DNA of 51,857 nucleotides, counting the filler, from Basidiobolus ranarum (taxonomy: Eukaryota), in NCBI GenBank assembly GCA_040143965.1. It is 3 parts of 3 records of this genome, joined end to end, with 100 filler letters (N's around TTAATTAATTAA, not from the genome) between each part and the next. Parts side by side here need not be neighbours in the genome. Positions count along the whole stretch, not along the records: positions 17,343 to 34,563 come from JASJQH010007187.1; positions 34,664 to 51,857 come from JASJQH010007188.1; 1 more part is not named here. The stretch is one strand, 5' to 3'. This document shows, one piece after another, positions 23,340 to 38,576 of the stretch; position 1 is the stretch's first letter, and each line of letters starts with the position of its first letter. The notes beneath the pieces were generated by a model that was given only the letters and a program-made list of their open reading frames with translations, was not told the DNA's origin and searched no databases. A program made the translations under genes and the position numbers.

Positions 23340-25380
23340 TTACTCGAACCTGCCCTTGTATGCACCAACTAATTGATGCCTCTTTTTATCGCTGATATCC
23401 CAAGGCTGTTTCAAACCAGTCCACTTCTTGCGTAGCTCCTCCTTCGTTCGGGAGACATTGTCTTTGCCGTTAGGGCAAAGTTCAATTAATTTAACTTTAG
23501 CAACATTGTCTTCTAATTCTACGCATCTGGTGTAGAGGAGTTGGAAATCCGGAAGTCTCGGTCTATGTCTGTGTCCAGATATAGAGTTGTGTGCCAACTC
23601 GGCTAATATATCCAAGGCAGGGTAGACATCATTGCATCTAGAAAACCGTTGGAATTAAATACTGCTTGAAATGAACATGTTCAATGAATGTAAAATTGTA
23701 CCTGGCCAAACCATTAATCATGTATCTATAACATGCATATTCTTCAGGAGGGCTTCTCCCTTGTGCCGCACGCTCCATTTCCCGTTCACGGCCTCGCTTA
23801 GTGCTTGTTTCCTCAAGGTTCCTGCTCCATTGGCTCATCCTTTCCCAAACTTGCTCTCCAACATCCATACGACGTTCTCGTTCGCAGAGTTGCAACATTG
23901 ATTTGAACGTCCAACCATTAGGTTCAAGATTGTGCTTAGGTATCAAGTTTTGGTAAATATCAATGGCCTTATCGACCTCACGCTTATTCACATACAGAGC
24001 CAAATAACTATTGACTAAGCGAAGTGAGACGGGCGATTTTTGTTGATCAGCGGTTTGGATAGCGTAATTAAAAATATTGTCCACTTCCTGTATGAATTCA
24101 GTTTTGTTCATTGGTTCATGGGGAAGAAGCGGATAGGTATCCTCTGCTACTTGAAGGGATTGTTTTTCCTCAGTATTGGAGTTCTCTAAAGCCTTGTATC
24201 CACTTGGACGGTTGGGAGGCTTGTATGAAGCGTAAACCCACATTAAATTGGTGTATGTAATCTCATTAGGCTCTAAAAAGGTGTCTCCAGACTTGATCAT
24301 ATCTCTGAATAAAAGACGTGCTCTGCTTAAATCATTTTTCTTTGAGCATGCGAATATCAAAGAATTAAAAGTATAAATGTCTGGCTTGAATCCTTGCTCC
24401 TGCATTTGTTCCAATAAATTAAAACCTTCATCGTAATAATCCTCACGTTTAGCGCACGCATTGATGAGACTGTTGAATGTAACATCAGTTGGATAGAGTC
24501 CAGCTGCCGCCATTTCATCAAATAAGTTTAGCGCACGTTCCACTTCCTGGTTTTGAGAACAGGCATGGATCATTAACGAATATGTCACCTCATCTGGGCG
24601 ACAGATCTCTAAACGCATTTGATCGAAAGTACGCCAGGCACGAGTGAGATTTCTGTCTTTGATACAACCACTGATCAACATGGTGAATATAGGCTGAGAG
24701 GGAATGATATTTTTGAGTTTCATGGCGTCATAAACCTTGAATGCGTCGTAAACCCTACTAGATCGAGTGTAGGCCTTAATTAAAGTACCATATGAATGAA
24801 TGCTGGGTTCGATATTGAACTCTTCCATCGACTTGAAAGTTTTGACTACTTTGTCAAGTTGATTTGAGTTAGCATATGCATCCATAAGATGATTAAAAGT
24901 ACGGACATCGGGCTTAATATTAGAGTCTTTTAGTAACGAAAAAGCTTCTTCAGCTTCTTGGGGCCTTTTAGCTAATGCATTGGCATAGATTACTTGATTG
25001 AACCTCTTAAGACTAAGTTCAGAATCAGCATCTCTGGTCAATAATAGGTCTTGCGCCGATAGGGAGAGATCTTCTTCAACTTCTTCGTTTAAAGAACGAG
25101 TGTCCAGGTATGTTACACCTAGTTCATCCAAGAATTTAGGGCTAATTTTGGTTGCCACACTTTTAGGTTTCGGCAAAGGCTGGTTCAAACTTTCATAGAC
25201 TTCTGATAATTCCGCTTCACTTATTGGAGCATCTTCAACGTTTGCTGGGAGGGAGGAGTCTACTACAGGCTTTATAGCAAACTCGGTTGGCTTTCCTTGG
25301 GTATAAAAACGGTATTGGACTGGGAGAGGGCCAAAACGGGCTCTCAACAACTGTTTAGGGTAAAGTCTTAGAAAAGACAT
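23340..25380 (-). CDS. Mitochondrial pentatricopeptide repeat (PPR) protein, Ccm1-like
   Basis: ATG at 25380 (MSFLRLYPKQLLRARF, presequence-like). Tandem 35-aa PPR motifs (PDVRTFNHLMDAYA, PSIHSYGTLIKAY, PDEVTYSLMIHACS, PTDVTFNSLINACA, PDIYTFNSLIFACS). One intron at 23638-23701. Confidence 0.92.
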
Positions 25381-27979
25381 CGTCAACACGCTATGATATG
25401 GTATACACAAACGAAGTAACCAAAGACCAAAATTCAATGGGAAACTTCTAAAAAATTTTATCTCAACATCCTCACCGCAGTACCAAATTTTGTAGAATAG
25501 CTAAATTATTTTTATCCTTGTTGATTGGTAGATGGTTGGACTGGTTTTTTTTTCATTCTCAATATTCCGGATGCAATATTACTGAATGAATGATTTTGAT
25601 TGAAGTTATCCATAGTGGTTACTAAATAATTTAGTGGCTTTGTAAATCAAACGATTAAACTGAAAGTGGTGAAAGTGGTTTTCCAACCTCTAGCATGAGC
25701 ACAGTGTAGACTTAAGAGAAGATACAAAAGGTTTTAGATGTCTTCTAGTATGAAAAAACTGGAGTGATCCACTTTGGGCTGTTGCTTTTTACTACCTATT
25801 TATCCTCTCTCAATCACCTCTGTGTGGGTAGCTGGGGGTAGAAATCCTACACTTGTATGGAGTGTTCACATCTTTTAAGACCATAGGTCAGGTACCTAGG
25901 ATTCATGGACTAATACAGTTATCCTCTGCATAGAGGTATCTCCTCGATGCTATACATCACGTCTCCAATTGTATTTAACCTGGCCAATATAAAGCAAATA
26001 GTCAGATTCAATAACCAATCTGACCATAATCTAGATTGTAGTATCCTTCCATACTTGGCTCTCAGCTCGGCATAAGTAGCAATAAGGAAATTGTAAGAAT
26101 TCTTTTTGGTCAAGATACTCTGATCTACAATATAGTTCTCCATTCAATACAAATATCTCAGAGGTCTACTACCAACTTCAAACTACTCCTCCATGTAGTT
26201 GAATTGCTTTTATATTTAGCATTCACCCCATCGATATGCACGTCGATTCCTTCATGGAGCAAGTTTACCCTAGACCACTGGATAGTCGACATAAGAAATG
26301 GTTGGTCATGATGAGGCATTTACCCTTATATCCTCGAGTTACTTATTCCTCAACCGATACCTTATCACCAGCCTGCTCGAAACAATATCCCAAATAATAT
26401 CAAGTAAATACTAACATGTGACTCATCAAATAAACTTTTCTTTTTATCAACAACCCCTTTACTGACCATTCATAGTATGTCACATTAATAAAATGAATAG
26501 AGTCTGACATGTTAGGACTCACAAAAAACAGACAACCGAAATCACGAGGATCTCGATTTAGAATGCCTGCCAAATAAAGCTTCATGTTATGTACTATTTT
26601 TCTTCAATTCGACAACATTTGCATATCTCTAGTGTGCTCTTGAAATCCGGACCAGGGTGCTAAATAGCTTATTATCTTAGAGACAATCGGTTTACTTTTG
26701 CTACTAATAGAGCACAATAATTGTTATTTGGATACCCTTTGAAGGACACAGATATGTGCTCTAATGTTGGTGTCAAGGACTGCAAACGTGGCAAATAATA
26801 GATTGAATGGTTCAATTCCGATAAACAGTCCAAATCGAAGACAAATCCACTCTACTGTACATGAGCGTCTGCAATCAAAGGTATAATGCTGATCAGCAAG
26901 TAGATAAGCAACCCTACGTCCTCTATCCATGTAGGTTTTATATCTCAAATGACTCAAAACTCCTGCCAACAGCACTCCTAAAACCCCCTTGCTCAGAATG
27001 AATCAAATGGTAATTAAAAGCCATTGCCCTAATTGAGTGTGTTTAACCTATCTGCCTTCACAGCCAATCACTTCCACTCAGATGATTTTGTGTCGCTAAT
27101 TCCTTTTCCTTTTCCATCTGCAATAAACGCAGTAATTATATATATCAATCTACATTCACGTGCAACTAGCCACCTCAGGTTCTACGTATTTGTAACACCC
27201 AAAGCGTGCAAAAATGCTTTTTGTAAGCAGGAATTATCCACTGGTTAATCATCTTGATTGTAACACCCGCAATATCAGGTGATGGTTGAAAATCATGCTG
27301 TAGTAGATGGGAATGATTTCGGCAATAAGTCTGCTAAAATGAACAATTCATAATATTTTATATTCTCTGGAAATTTCACGGGGAAGGGGCATATAGTATA
27401 TAGATAATTGTGCGGAGAAGGTTCGTGTGATTATGACTTGTTGCTTAATTGTTTCAAATCTAATTATATTTGCATGCATTGTTGTAATGCTCTTGCGTTG
27501 AAAGAGACAGCGATTGAATATACCATTTTCCTTAGGTGTTCTTGGTGTTTCTCCCTAATTCCACTAGCATTGCCGTGAAGTTTATCCTTTTCTTCCCTTG
27601 GGGTTTTACCGAGCTCCTGGCATGTTTAAATTCATCCTGATAGATAAATAGTTTTTCTTGAGTACAAACACCAAAAAATTCAATCGTAAAGTACGTACTA
27701 TATGATGAATCCTATTGGTGAAATGTCATGTTTCATGTTCGATTGTCAATAGTATCGTGAGAAAAAATTCGTCTGAATCATGCTACTGTCGTTAACATTA
27801 ACTAAACTGAATACCCACATATTGCGTATTGGCATTGGTGCTCCGACTTTTTCCAGACTATAAATAATTACTCATCTGTGGGGTTCCTTTCTTCATTGTC
27901 CACGGCGTTACTTGTTAGTAGACACCCCACCCCTTAAAATTTAATTTGCTTTAGCTTTTGACTGGTGATATTTCCTAAC

Positions 27980-30102
27980 ATGGCTTCCCTGCGTCTTCAA
28001 AGGGGCTTCACTAGAATAGCTCTAACAAGAGCTGTCAATGCTAGTAGGTGCTTCACTCCCAGTCTCCTTGTTAGACCCACCACACCTCTTGTGCCTTCAA
28101 AAACTTTGCTTCAATTTTCTACCCGTGCCTTTTCAACTACACCTGTCCGAGCTTTTGCTACTACTGAGGATGAGGATGAAGATCCGACAAAAGCAGAGCG
28201 CTTCGTTGACGAAGCCGATGTTGTAATCATTGGCGGAGGTCCAGCCGGATTATCTGCTGCTATTCGAATTAAACAACTCGCAATTGAGGCTGACAAAGAA
28301 ATTAAGGTCGTTGTTGTTGAAAAAGCAGGTGAAATTGGTCAGTATATACCTTTATTTTACTTTTTATTAGCCACCGGAAATAACCAAATACTTCTGTAGG
28401 TGCCCACACTTTATCAGGCGCTGTCCTTGAAACTAGAGCTTTGGACGAGCTTATTCCTGATTGGGCTGAGAAGGGTGTAAGTGGTTTAGTTTCTTAATGA
28501 ACTGTATATATATAAATGTACACACGCTAATGATTAATGATTTAGGCACCCTTGAATCAACCAGCTCTTAAAGATAAAATGCGCTTTTTGACTAAGAATT
28601 TCGCTATTCCTTTGCCTCATCCACCCCAGATGAACAACAAAGGAAACTATATCATTAGCTTGAATAATTTTACCAAATGGCTTGGTGAACAGGCCGAGGA
28701 ACTTGGTGTAGACATCTATCCTGGTATTGCCGCTAGTGAGGTATAGATCTATTGAGTATTTTTACTTCTCTGTGCATGATAATTAAATCACACTTCGTAG
28801 GTCATTTATGATGAAGAAGGCCGTGTTAAGGGTATAGCTACCAATGATGTTGGTTTAGATAAATTCGGTAAACCCAAGGTATTTATCTCAGTTGTCTTTC
28901 TATAATGTAGTTTCGATATTCATTTTTTCTTTCAAATATAGGATAGTTTTGAAAGAGGAATGGAAATCCACGGTAAAGTCACCTTGTTCGGAGAGGGTTG
29001 CCATGGCTCTCTAACAAAGACTCTATTTAAAAAATTCAACTTACGTGAGGATTGCGAACCCCAAACTTACGCCATTGGTTTGAAGGAGGTCTGGGAAATC
29101 GATCCCGCTAAACATGAGCCTGGTCTAGTACTTCACACTATTGGTTGGCCCGTCGATTACAAAACATATGGTGGTTCCTTTGTGTATCATATGGAAAATA
29201 ACCTTGTCAGTATTGGGTACGTCGTAGCCCTCGATTACGAAAACCCATATCTTAACCCATACAAAGAATTTCAACGATTCAAGCAGCACCCTGCTATCAG
29301 AAAGTACCTCGAAGGCGGTCAATGCATTTCCTATGGTGCTAGAGCTTTGAATGAAGGTGGTTACCAATCAATTCCTAAATTGATATTCCCTGGTGGTGCT
29401 TTAATTGGCTGTACAGCTGGATTCTTGAATGTTCCTAAAATCAAAGGAACTCACACTGCTATGAAGAGTGGAATGATAGCCGCTGAGGCTGCTTTTGAAG
29501 CTCTCACCGCAGGTGATGAAGTGACCGAACCGGTTACACTTCAGGCCTACGAAGATAACATTAAGAAATCATGGGTATGGGACGAACTTTACCAGGTTCG
29601 TAATATTAGACCCTCATTCCATAATCCTCTTGGTGTTCTTGGTGGTGCCATTTATACTGGATTAGACACCCTATTTTTGAAAGGAAAGGTTCCATGGACC
29701 TTTAAGCATCCCGGCCCAGATTATGCCATGCTTAAGCCTGCTAAGGACTGTAAGCCTATTGAGTATCCTAAACCTGATGGTGTCGTGTCATTCGAATTAC
29801 TTGAAAATTTGGCTCGTAGTGGAACCAACCATGCTGAAAACCAACCTGTCCATCTAAGACTTCGCAACAAAGATGTACCTGTTGAGCGTAATTTGAAGGA
29901 GTTTGATGGCCCAGAAAACCGCTTCTGCCCAGCCAATGTGTATGAATATGTAGACGATGAGGCCAATCCTGGCCAAAAGAGACTACAAATTAACTCACAA
30001 AATTGCTTACACTGTAAGACATGTGATATTAAGGATCCCTCCCAGAATATTGACTGGACTGTTCCTGAGGGGGGTGGTGGTCCACAATATTCTTACACAT
30101 AA
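27980..30102 (+). CDS. ETFDH: Electron transfer flavoprotein-ubiquinone oxidoreductase, mitochondrial
   Basis: Presequence, FAD motif [41 protein letters not shown] and the 4Fe-4S motif FCPANVYE...[13 protein letters not shown]. Five exons. Confidence 0.97.
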
Positions 30103-31270
30103 GGCTCTTCCTCAGTTGTCGCGTCGTTCCTCAATTGTACATCTTTCACTTCCATTAGCTTTTTCACTGACCTTTCCAACAATATTCCACTTCGCACATC
30201 TGTATTGTGTTACCGAATGATCACATGAATTAACTTGACATAAAAGCTCAATAAAAGAACAACTTATAAGTCAATCTAACGTGTACTATTTGGTATATAA
30301 ATCTAAATTTAATTGATGGTTTTCAAATGGGTTCATAGATAGTGAATCTTCCACCTAATTCCACCAGCAGTGTGTCAAGAAGTGAATCCCACACATCTTG
30401 ACTCTCCCACGGGCTTGGGAAAAAGGAGATATGTTGTTGTAGGACGTGTTTGCATGTTATCGACTCTAATCTATGCTCAGAGAAAAACCTTAAAGCGGAA
30501 TATTGATCGTGTTATTACACAAGCTGGGGTGGCTGAGATAGACTTGTTTATTCGAAGAATATTCACACTAGCGACAGTCATTGTACATCCAACACTTCCC
30601 TTACAAACACTGTTTCGGTGTGAGATAAGATAATAAGATTCTAATAATTCATTCTAGAAGAGCCTGGGCTTCTAATCAAAACCTTAAGATGGCGAACTGT
30701 TTAGACATTCAGAGAAGGCATTCAACTTTAAAATCAAAGCAGTATTGAGGAGTCAACTTGTAATCATTTGGAAAGCTGGAAGATAGACTACTTCAATTAT
30801 GAATAAAATGGTCTCCAAATATTTAGTAGTTGAGTTTTGTCACAAGCTGTAGCTTCTCTGTTTATTCTTGTTTTGTCAGGAAGCATCAACAAAGACATAT
30901 TTTCAATAATTAAAGTCATTTTTCTTGTGTCAACTTTGCTCTGATGAAGTGAGTCAGTAAGTTTGAATTCTGCATTCAAGTATTCTCAATCAAAAGTAAT
31001 CTTTTATCCATGATTACTTGGCATGCTAGCGGCACTGAGCACCATCACATCGCTGATAGTGTGATTATGCAGCCCCTCTGGCATGTTATGAGGATGCCAT
31101 TCACTTATTGGTGGAAATATACGCCTATAATTAGTGATATAGTGACTGATTAAGATTGACGATATTGATATTGATTGGAATCTTTGAACCCATCTCCAGA
31201 GAACGTTGTGCCACTATCTTTATTGACTTTAACAGAACCAAAATACTGTACTCAAATATCTTGCTTCAAA

Positions 31271-33188
<1,918 letters not shown>

Positions 33189-33528
33189 CATAACACTGCT
33201 GCAATTATTGCCTTTATATTTACAGCTCTAGCTCTACAGGATGGTAAGTGTAGGGATCTACTTATAATCCAAATCTATACATTCGTTACGGTTTCAACTT
33301 CGCTTTCTCCATATTATTGAACAAACCTGTTACAATACGTATGTTAACAAAGCAGTGTAATAAACTTATTGATTTCCTTTGTATCCCATGACCTCAATTG
33401 ATGATGATTTGTAAAATTTACAAACACATATATCTTGCCCAATACATGCTACATATTTAAGTGTGTATTGTTGCTAAGCTCATCAGCTAACTAAAATATC
33501 AATACATATAGAGTATATTGTGATTCCA

Positions 33529-34310
33529 TTTATAAATATCCCACAAATCTTCCAAAGCACTGAGTATCTTCTCGCAAGCTACAGAAGTAGACAATGAATA
33601 TTCACTTTTACCAATCTTCTCATCAACATCCGCCTCGGAAAATGTCCTCTTCATGGGCCAAAACACCAATCGAAACAAAATTCTTGTCTTCGGGTATCGT
33701 CTTTACCCGAACAGTAGCTGCGTCATAGGAGGAGCCTAAAGAGTAGCTTTGTTACAATAGAAGCCATGTATTTGAAGTAAGACTAAAGATTCATACAATT
33801 TTTCTTAAAATTGGCTAGTAAATGGTTTTAATGGGATTCTTGATAGCTTTGAGTAGTTTTTCCGAACCATTGACTGGCCAAGTACTCAATTTTGAAGTAG
33901 TTAGGCTATGTAAGCCGAATGAAAATAATTAAAACTATACGAGATGAAAATTGCCTCTCAAATATAAAATGAATCAATATAATACCCATGAGACCCGAGA
34001 AATGCTTAAAAGTTCTGGGAATACGAACATAAGCATTTACCTCAATCAAAACATTTTTGGCCGGTTGAATATGTATTTGGAGCAAACCGACTTTGTTCGA
34101 AGGACTGCCTAAGAGGGTAAGGAGGCACCGTGAAAATGATAAACAACATATATATCGCTTTTTCTAAAATATTCTAACTCATATACTCAGAACTTTACAA
34201 AGTAATATCTGAGCGAGAGTCAGCCATGTCTGTCCCCATTTTCTTTAAGATTCCTTGATGGCCTTTACAATTGTAGGTTTCAAGAGAGACAGATTCGAAA
34301 ATGGCAGTGC
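33529..34310 (-). pseudogene. EMG1: EMG1/NEP1 18S rRNA pseudouridine methyltransferase pseudogene
   Basis: SLETY-NCKGHQGILKKMGTDMADSRSDITF / CLLTLLGSPSNKVGLLQIHIQPAKNVLIEVNAYVRIPRTFKHFSGLM / *LL(fs)KLS..VNGSEKLLKAIKNPI(fs) / SYDAATVRV...IGVLAHEED(fs)VDEKIGKSEYSLSTSVACEKILSALEDLWDI. It has an in-frame TAA, frameshifts, a mutated acceptor (CACGG) and a broken RPDI motif. Introns are retained. Confidence 0.9.
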
Positions 34311-34563
34311 GAAGAAAGACAAAAGAACAATCAGTCACGTGGCTTCATATGACACATGTCTTGGCTATGTTTAAGGGCAGAGATACGCTAAACAGTTGAA
34401 CTTTTCTCAGCCGAGAAAAACCCTATTAGAGTGGGCTCTTTCAAAAATTCGACAAAATTTAACGTTCTAGTTCAAACGCAGATCAAGCGCATCGGCATAC
34501 TCACTCACAACAGCCTTACTATTTGAATCTTATCGGGCTTGATGCTTAATATGGCCGCTCTGA

Positions 34564-34663
34564 NNNNNNNNNNNNNNNNNNNNNNNNNNNNNNNNNNNNN
34601 NNNNNNNTTAATTAATTAANNNNNNNNNNNNNNNNNNNNNNNNNNNNNNNNNNNNNNNNNNNN
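34564..34663. other. Artificial contig spacer (44 N + TTAATTAATTAA + 44 N)
   Basis: Same structure as 17243-17342; the 12-mer is at 34608-34619. Confidence 0.95.
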
Positions 34664-35469
34664 GGGCATTATATACGGGAGCCTATATCATACACAAATA
34701 AGACCATTTCGTTGTCATTAATAAAAAGTAAAAGTCCGTCCTAAACCACACAAAGTTTACCTTGTGAGCGTCATGTTCCACCGCAGTATTTAAATGTTCT
34801 AATTCCTCATCTCGGAATTGTTTCAAGATAGGACGAAGTTTCTCTACATCTGGATGGTCAATCTTCAAAAGTTCTCGGATTTGACTAGAATAAAGGGTTA
34901 TTAAAGTGGAAGTAACTTTTATGAAACCGGGTCAAACCATACTCGTTATAATGATTGCCAATGACAGATTCAACGGCTTCAGTGCAACACATAGCCGCTT
35001 CTTTGCCCATTAAAGCAGTACCAGCGCCAAGAGCAAAGCCTGCTACTGACCATACAGGCCATAAAAATGTAGGACGAACACGATATTTTGAAAGGAGGTC
35101 ATTAAAGGTGGCCAAATGATGCTTCTCTTGGTCTAGCATATGCTACAAGAATGGTTGTAGAAATAAGCCCCAATTTTCAAAGGGAGAATTGTAATAATGA
35201 TATAAAAAATTTACCTGTAATAAAGGTTTCAAGTTTTTGTCTCTACCAAGTACTGCAATTTGCCCTTGATAAATTCGGTTTGCTCCAAGTTCACCTGCTT
35301 GGTCAACACGAATTATTTCAGCAATAAGCTGCTTCTCTTCGTTAGTGAGTTCCCTTTTACTTTTATCTTGACTGGAAGCGTATGTAAGAGGGCTCGAAGT
35401 AGAAAAGCAACGAGCCTTTAGGTGGCATAAAGAAGCTTTGGGTAAACGGGTAAATAGTGATACTGACAT
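34664..35469 (-). CDS. COQ7: 5-demethoxyubiquinone hydroxylase (Coq7/Clk-1), 3'-truncated at the spacer
   Basis: Presequence; [64 protein letters not shown]...HDAH. The last exon (APVYNA...) runs into Ns. Confidence 0.95.
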
Positions 35470-36307
35470 GAGCTTGGTGAAAGTAAGTTTAGGTAAAGAC
35501 AGTAGGTAATCGATCAACAATTAACTTGATATATATGAGCCTGTATGAATGGGGTTCGTTATCAGATTAAATTCTCCTCTACTTCTTGTAAAAATCCAAA
35601 TACCTAGTAAATTGCAAATTTTGTTGCCATACAGTGTCACGATCTCTTAACAGTCTTTTTGTAGATCGAAGTTTTTGGGCCTCAGTTTTGCGGATTTACA
35701 GTAGCCACCAGTATGCTACAATTGCTGTGAAACACTTCAAAAGCTATCGAGTCTAGAACTCGTATTACGTAGGTCACCTTGTTGTGTTGAAATGTCTCTT
35801 TAAGTGACCATCTAGTCCACCCTTTCAGACGTAACCCAAAGCCCTTCTAACCCGAGTGAGCTTCAAATCTATTTTCACATATTTACCTAATTACCTCATT
35901 ACCGATCTTTACCCTGATTCCTTTTCTACCCCATTTGCCCACTTACCTTTCTCGAGCATTAATTAATGCTACTAACCCTATGTTCGATTTGGTGAAATGA
36001 AAGCATTGCTTGATTATCTCAAACCCAACTTCGGCTAAACTCTATGTGGTTTTATACACGTAGGTTTCAAAATTAGATAATCAAATCTGCAGATGCAACG
36101 TGATAGTTTTGATGGATTATAAGTTGTATATTAAACTATGAATATTTCTATAGCATTTCCCAAATCCCGAATTAAGTAATCTGACTCCATCTCATAGAGG
36201 ATAGTACAAAGAAATTCGGTGACACTGAATCAAACTCCAACTCAGCTACTACTTAAAGGTCGTTCAGGATGTTCATATTGTAGTCATTATTTTGGAGGAG
36301 ACGTACA

Positions 36308-38255
36308 ATGTTCGCTGTTCGTAGTTTACTCGGAAAGACTGTCCGGCCTCAATACAAAGTACGTATAATTGTCAGACCAATGTTTTCGATAACCTCTATT
36401 AAATAACTAGCTTTATTTACCTCTTCAGCGGTTCTCTACCTTTGGTTCTTTAGCGAAGCAGTTGTCAAGTCTTGAAAATTCTCGCATGTACCAATTTCAG
36501 AAAACCTTACCTAGACTTCCAGTTCCTGCCCTTGCCGATACTTGCTCCAAATATCTCCGTAGTGTTCGCCCTTTACTAGACGACTCAAGTTACGCTAAAA
36601 CTGAAGCTGCAGTGGAGGATTTCCAAAAATCAGGCGTTGGTGCCGAGCTTCAACGCCGTTTAGAAGCGAAAGCAGCTGATCCTAACTGTGTGAATTGGTT
36701 GGAAGACTGGTGGACCGAACTTGCTTACATGGGCTATAGGGATCCTCTAGTTCCCTATGTGAGTTACTTTTTTACTTATAAAGATGACCCTCGTAGAAAA
36801 AGTCAGGTCAAGAGAGCCGCTAGTATTTTAACAGCAGCTATGGAATTTAGGCAACAAGTAATCACAGGAGAACTTGAACCAGAAAAAACCAAAGCATATC
36901 CATTCTGTATGCATTCCTATAAATACATGTTCAATGCTTGCAGAATCCCGAAAAAACCTTGCGATTACGAAGCGACTTTCGATCCTCAAGTCAACTCTCA
37001 TATCGCTGTGGTTAGAAAGAACAAATTCTACATAATGGATATGTTCCATAATGGTCAGCAATTATCTTGTACTGAAATTGAAGCCCAATTAGAAAAGATT
37101 ATTGCCGATGCTGGAACTGAAAAAGGTCCTGCCCTTGGTGTTTTAACTTGTGATAACCGTGATGTCTGGGCAGATGCTCGTCAACTAATTCTCAAATCTG
37201 CACCAGAGAACGAAAAACTTCTTGAAAAACTTGAGAGTGCAACTCTCCTTCTTTGCCTAGATGATACCTCTCCAGCTAACCGTGACGAGCATAGTTGGAG
37301 CTGTTGGGGTGGTGATGGTCGTAATAGATACTTCGACAAATCACTACAGTTCCTAGTTTTTGAGAATGGAAAGGCTGGTTTCTTGGCCGAACACTCTAGT
37401 ATGGATGGTACTCCAAACTCCCGTCTTAACGATTATATTTTGAGCAATATTTCCAAGAACAACGTCAACTATGGCCTTGAGACTATCAGAGAAGATCTCA
37501 AAGCGCCCGAACAACTCCAATTTTCATTTAACGAGGAAGTGTTAAAGGTTATCAAGACTTCCGAACAAGCCTTCGATAATACAATGGCCAAGCAAGAGCT
37601 TAGTACACTTGCTTATCACGGTTATGGTAAAAATTTAATCAAGAAATTCCGCACCAGCCCAGACGCTTTCGTTCAAATGATTATTCAATTGGCGTATTAT
37701 AAAATGTATGGTACTAGCAATGCCACTTACGAAGCCGCCACCACTCGAAAATATGCCCATGGTAGAACTGAGACGGGTCGTACCGTTTCTATTGAATCCA
37801 CTGCCTTTGTAAAGGCTATGGAGGATATCAATGTGCCTGCTGATCAAAAGGTAGCCCTTGCTAGAGCTGCAATGGATGGCCATGTGAAATACTTGGGCGC
37901 TGCAGCTGAAGGCCAAGGTGTTGATCGTCATCTCTTCGGTCTTAGACTTAGCTTACGTTCAGATGAACCTAAGCCAAGTATCTTTACTGACGAAGGGTAT
38001 TCCAAATCCACACACTGGAACCTTTCCACTTCCCAACTGGCCAGTGAACACTTTGATAACTGGGGATTCGGCGAAGTAGTACCTGATGGTTTTGGTATCG
38101 GTTATATTATCAAGAATAATGCCCTTCACTTCAACGTTACTAGTATGCATCTAGGATCCAAAACTCTTAGCCATTTATTAGCAGAATCTGCGGAAGAAAT
38201 GAAACAAATTTTTGAAGAGGATTTGGCCAGACAAACTAGTCAAGCTAAACTGTAA
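36308..38255 (+). CDS. CAT2: Carnitine O-acetyltransferase, mitochondrial/peroxisomal
   Basis: Exon 1 (36308-36358, MFAVRSLLGKTVRPQYK) splices to 36429-38255. Motifs LPRLPVPAL, NWLEDWW, NRYFDKSLQ, EHSSMDG, SPDAFVQM, YEAATTRKYAHGRTE, GQGVDRHLFGL and GFGEVVPDGFGIGY; C-terminal AKL. Confidence 0.95.
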
Positions 38256-38576
38256 ACTTACCTATGTATAGCTCACAAGTCCTAGCCAGTTTAAAGAAGA
38301 ATAAATAATATCTAAACTATCAATATAAATTCAATATTGGATGAAATATATTTTGGTATCTACAAACCACAATATAGAAGAACGGAAATCAAAGGAAGAG
38401 ATGTAAGGATAGGGCACAGAGCACCCAAGAGAATTGAAAGAGGAATAATGATTCGGGGGTTAATGAAATATTATCTAAAGCATATATGAAATTAGGGAAT
38501 GATTAATAAGTGAACAAAAAGTTGTTGTGGCAAAGTATTGCCTATTAAGGATACATATAGGTAAATATTCTCAAAT

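Noticed and set aside
25900..27000. Short minus-strand ORFs that might be remnants of a decayed gene
   Set aside because: No recognisable conserved motif; it cannot be supported without a search.
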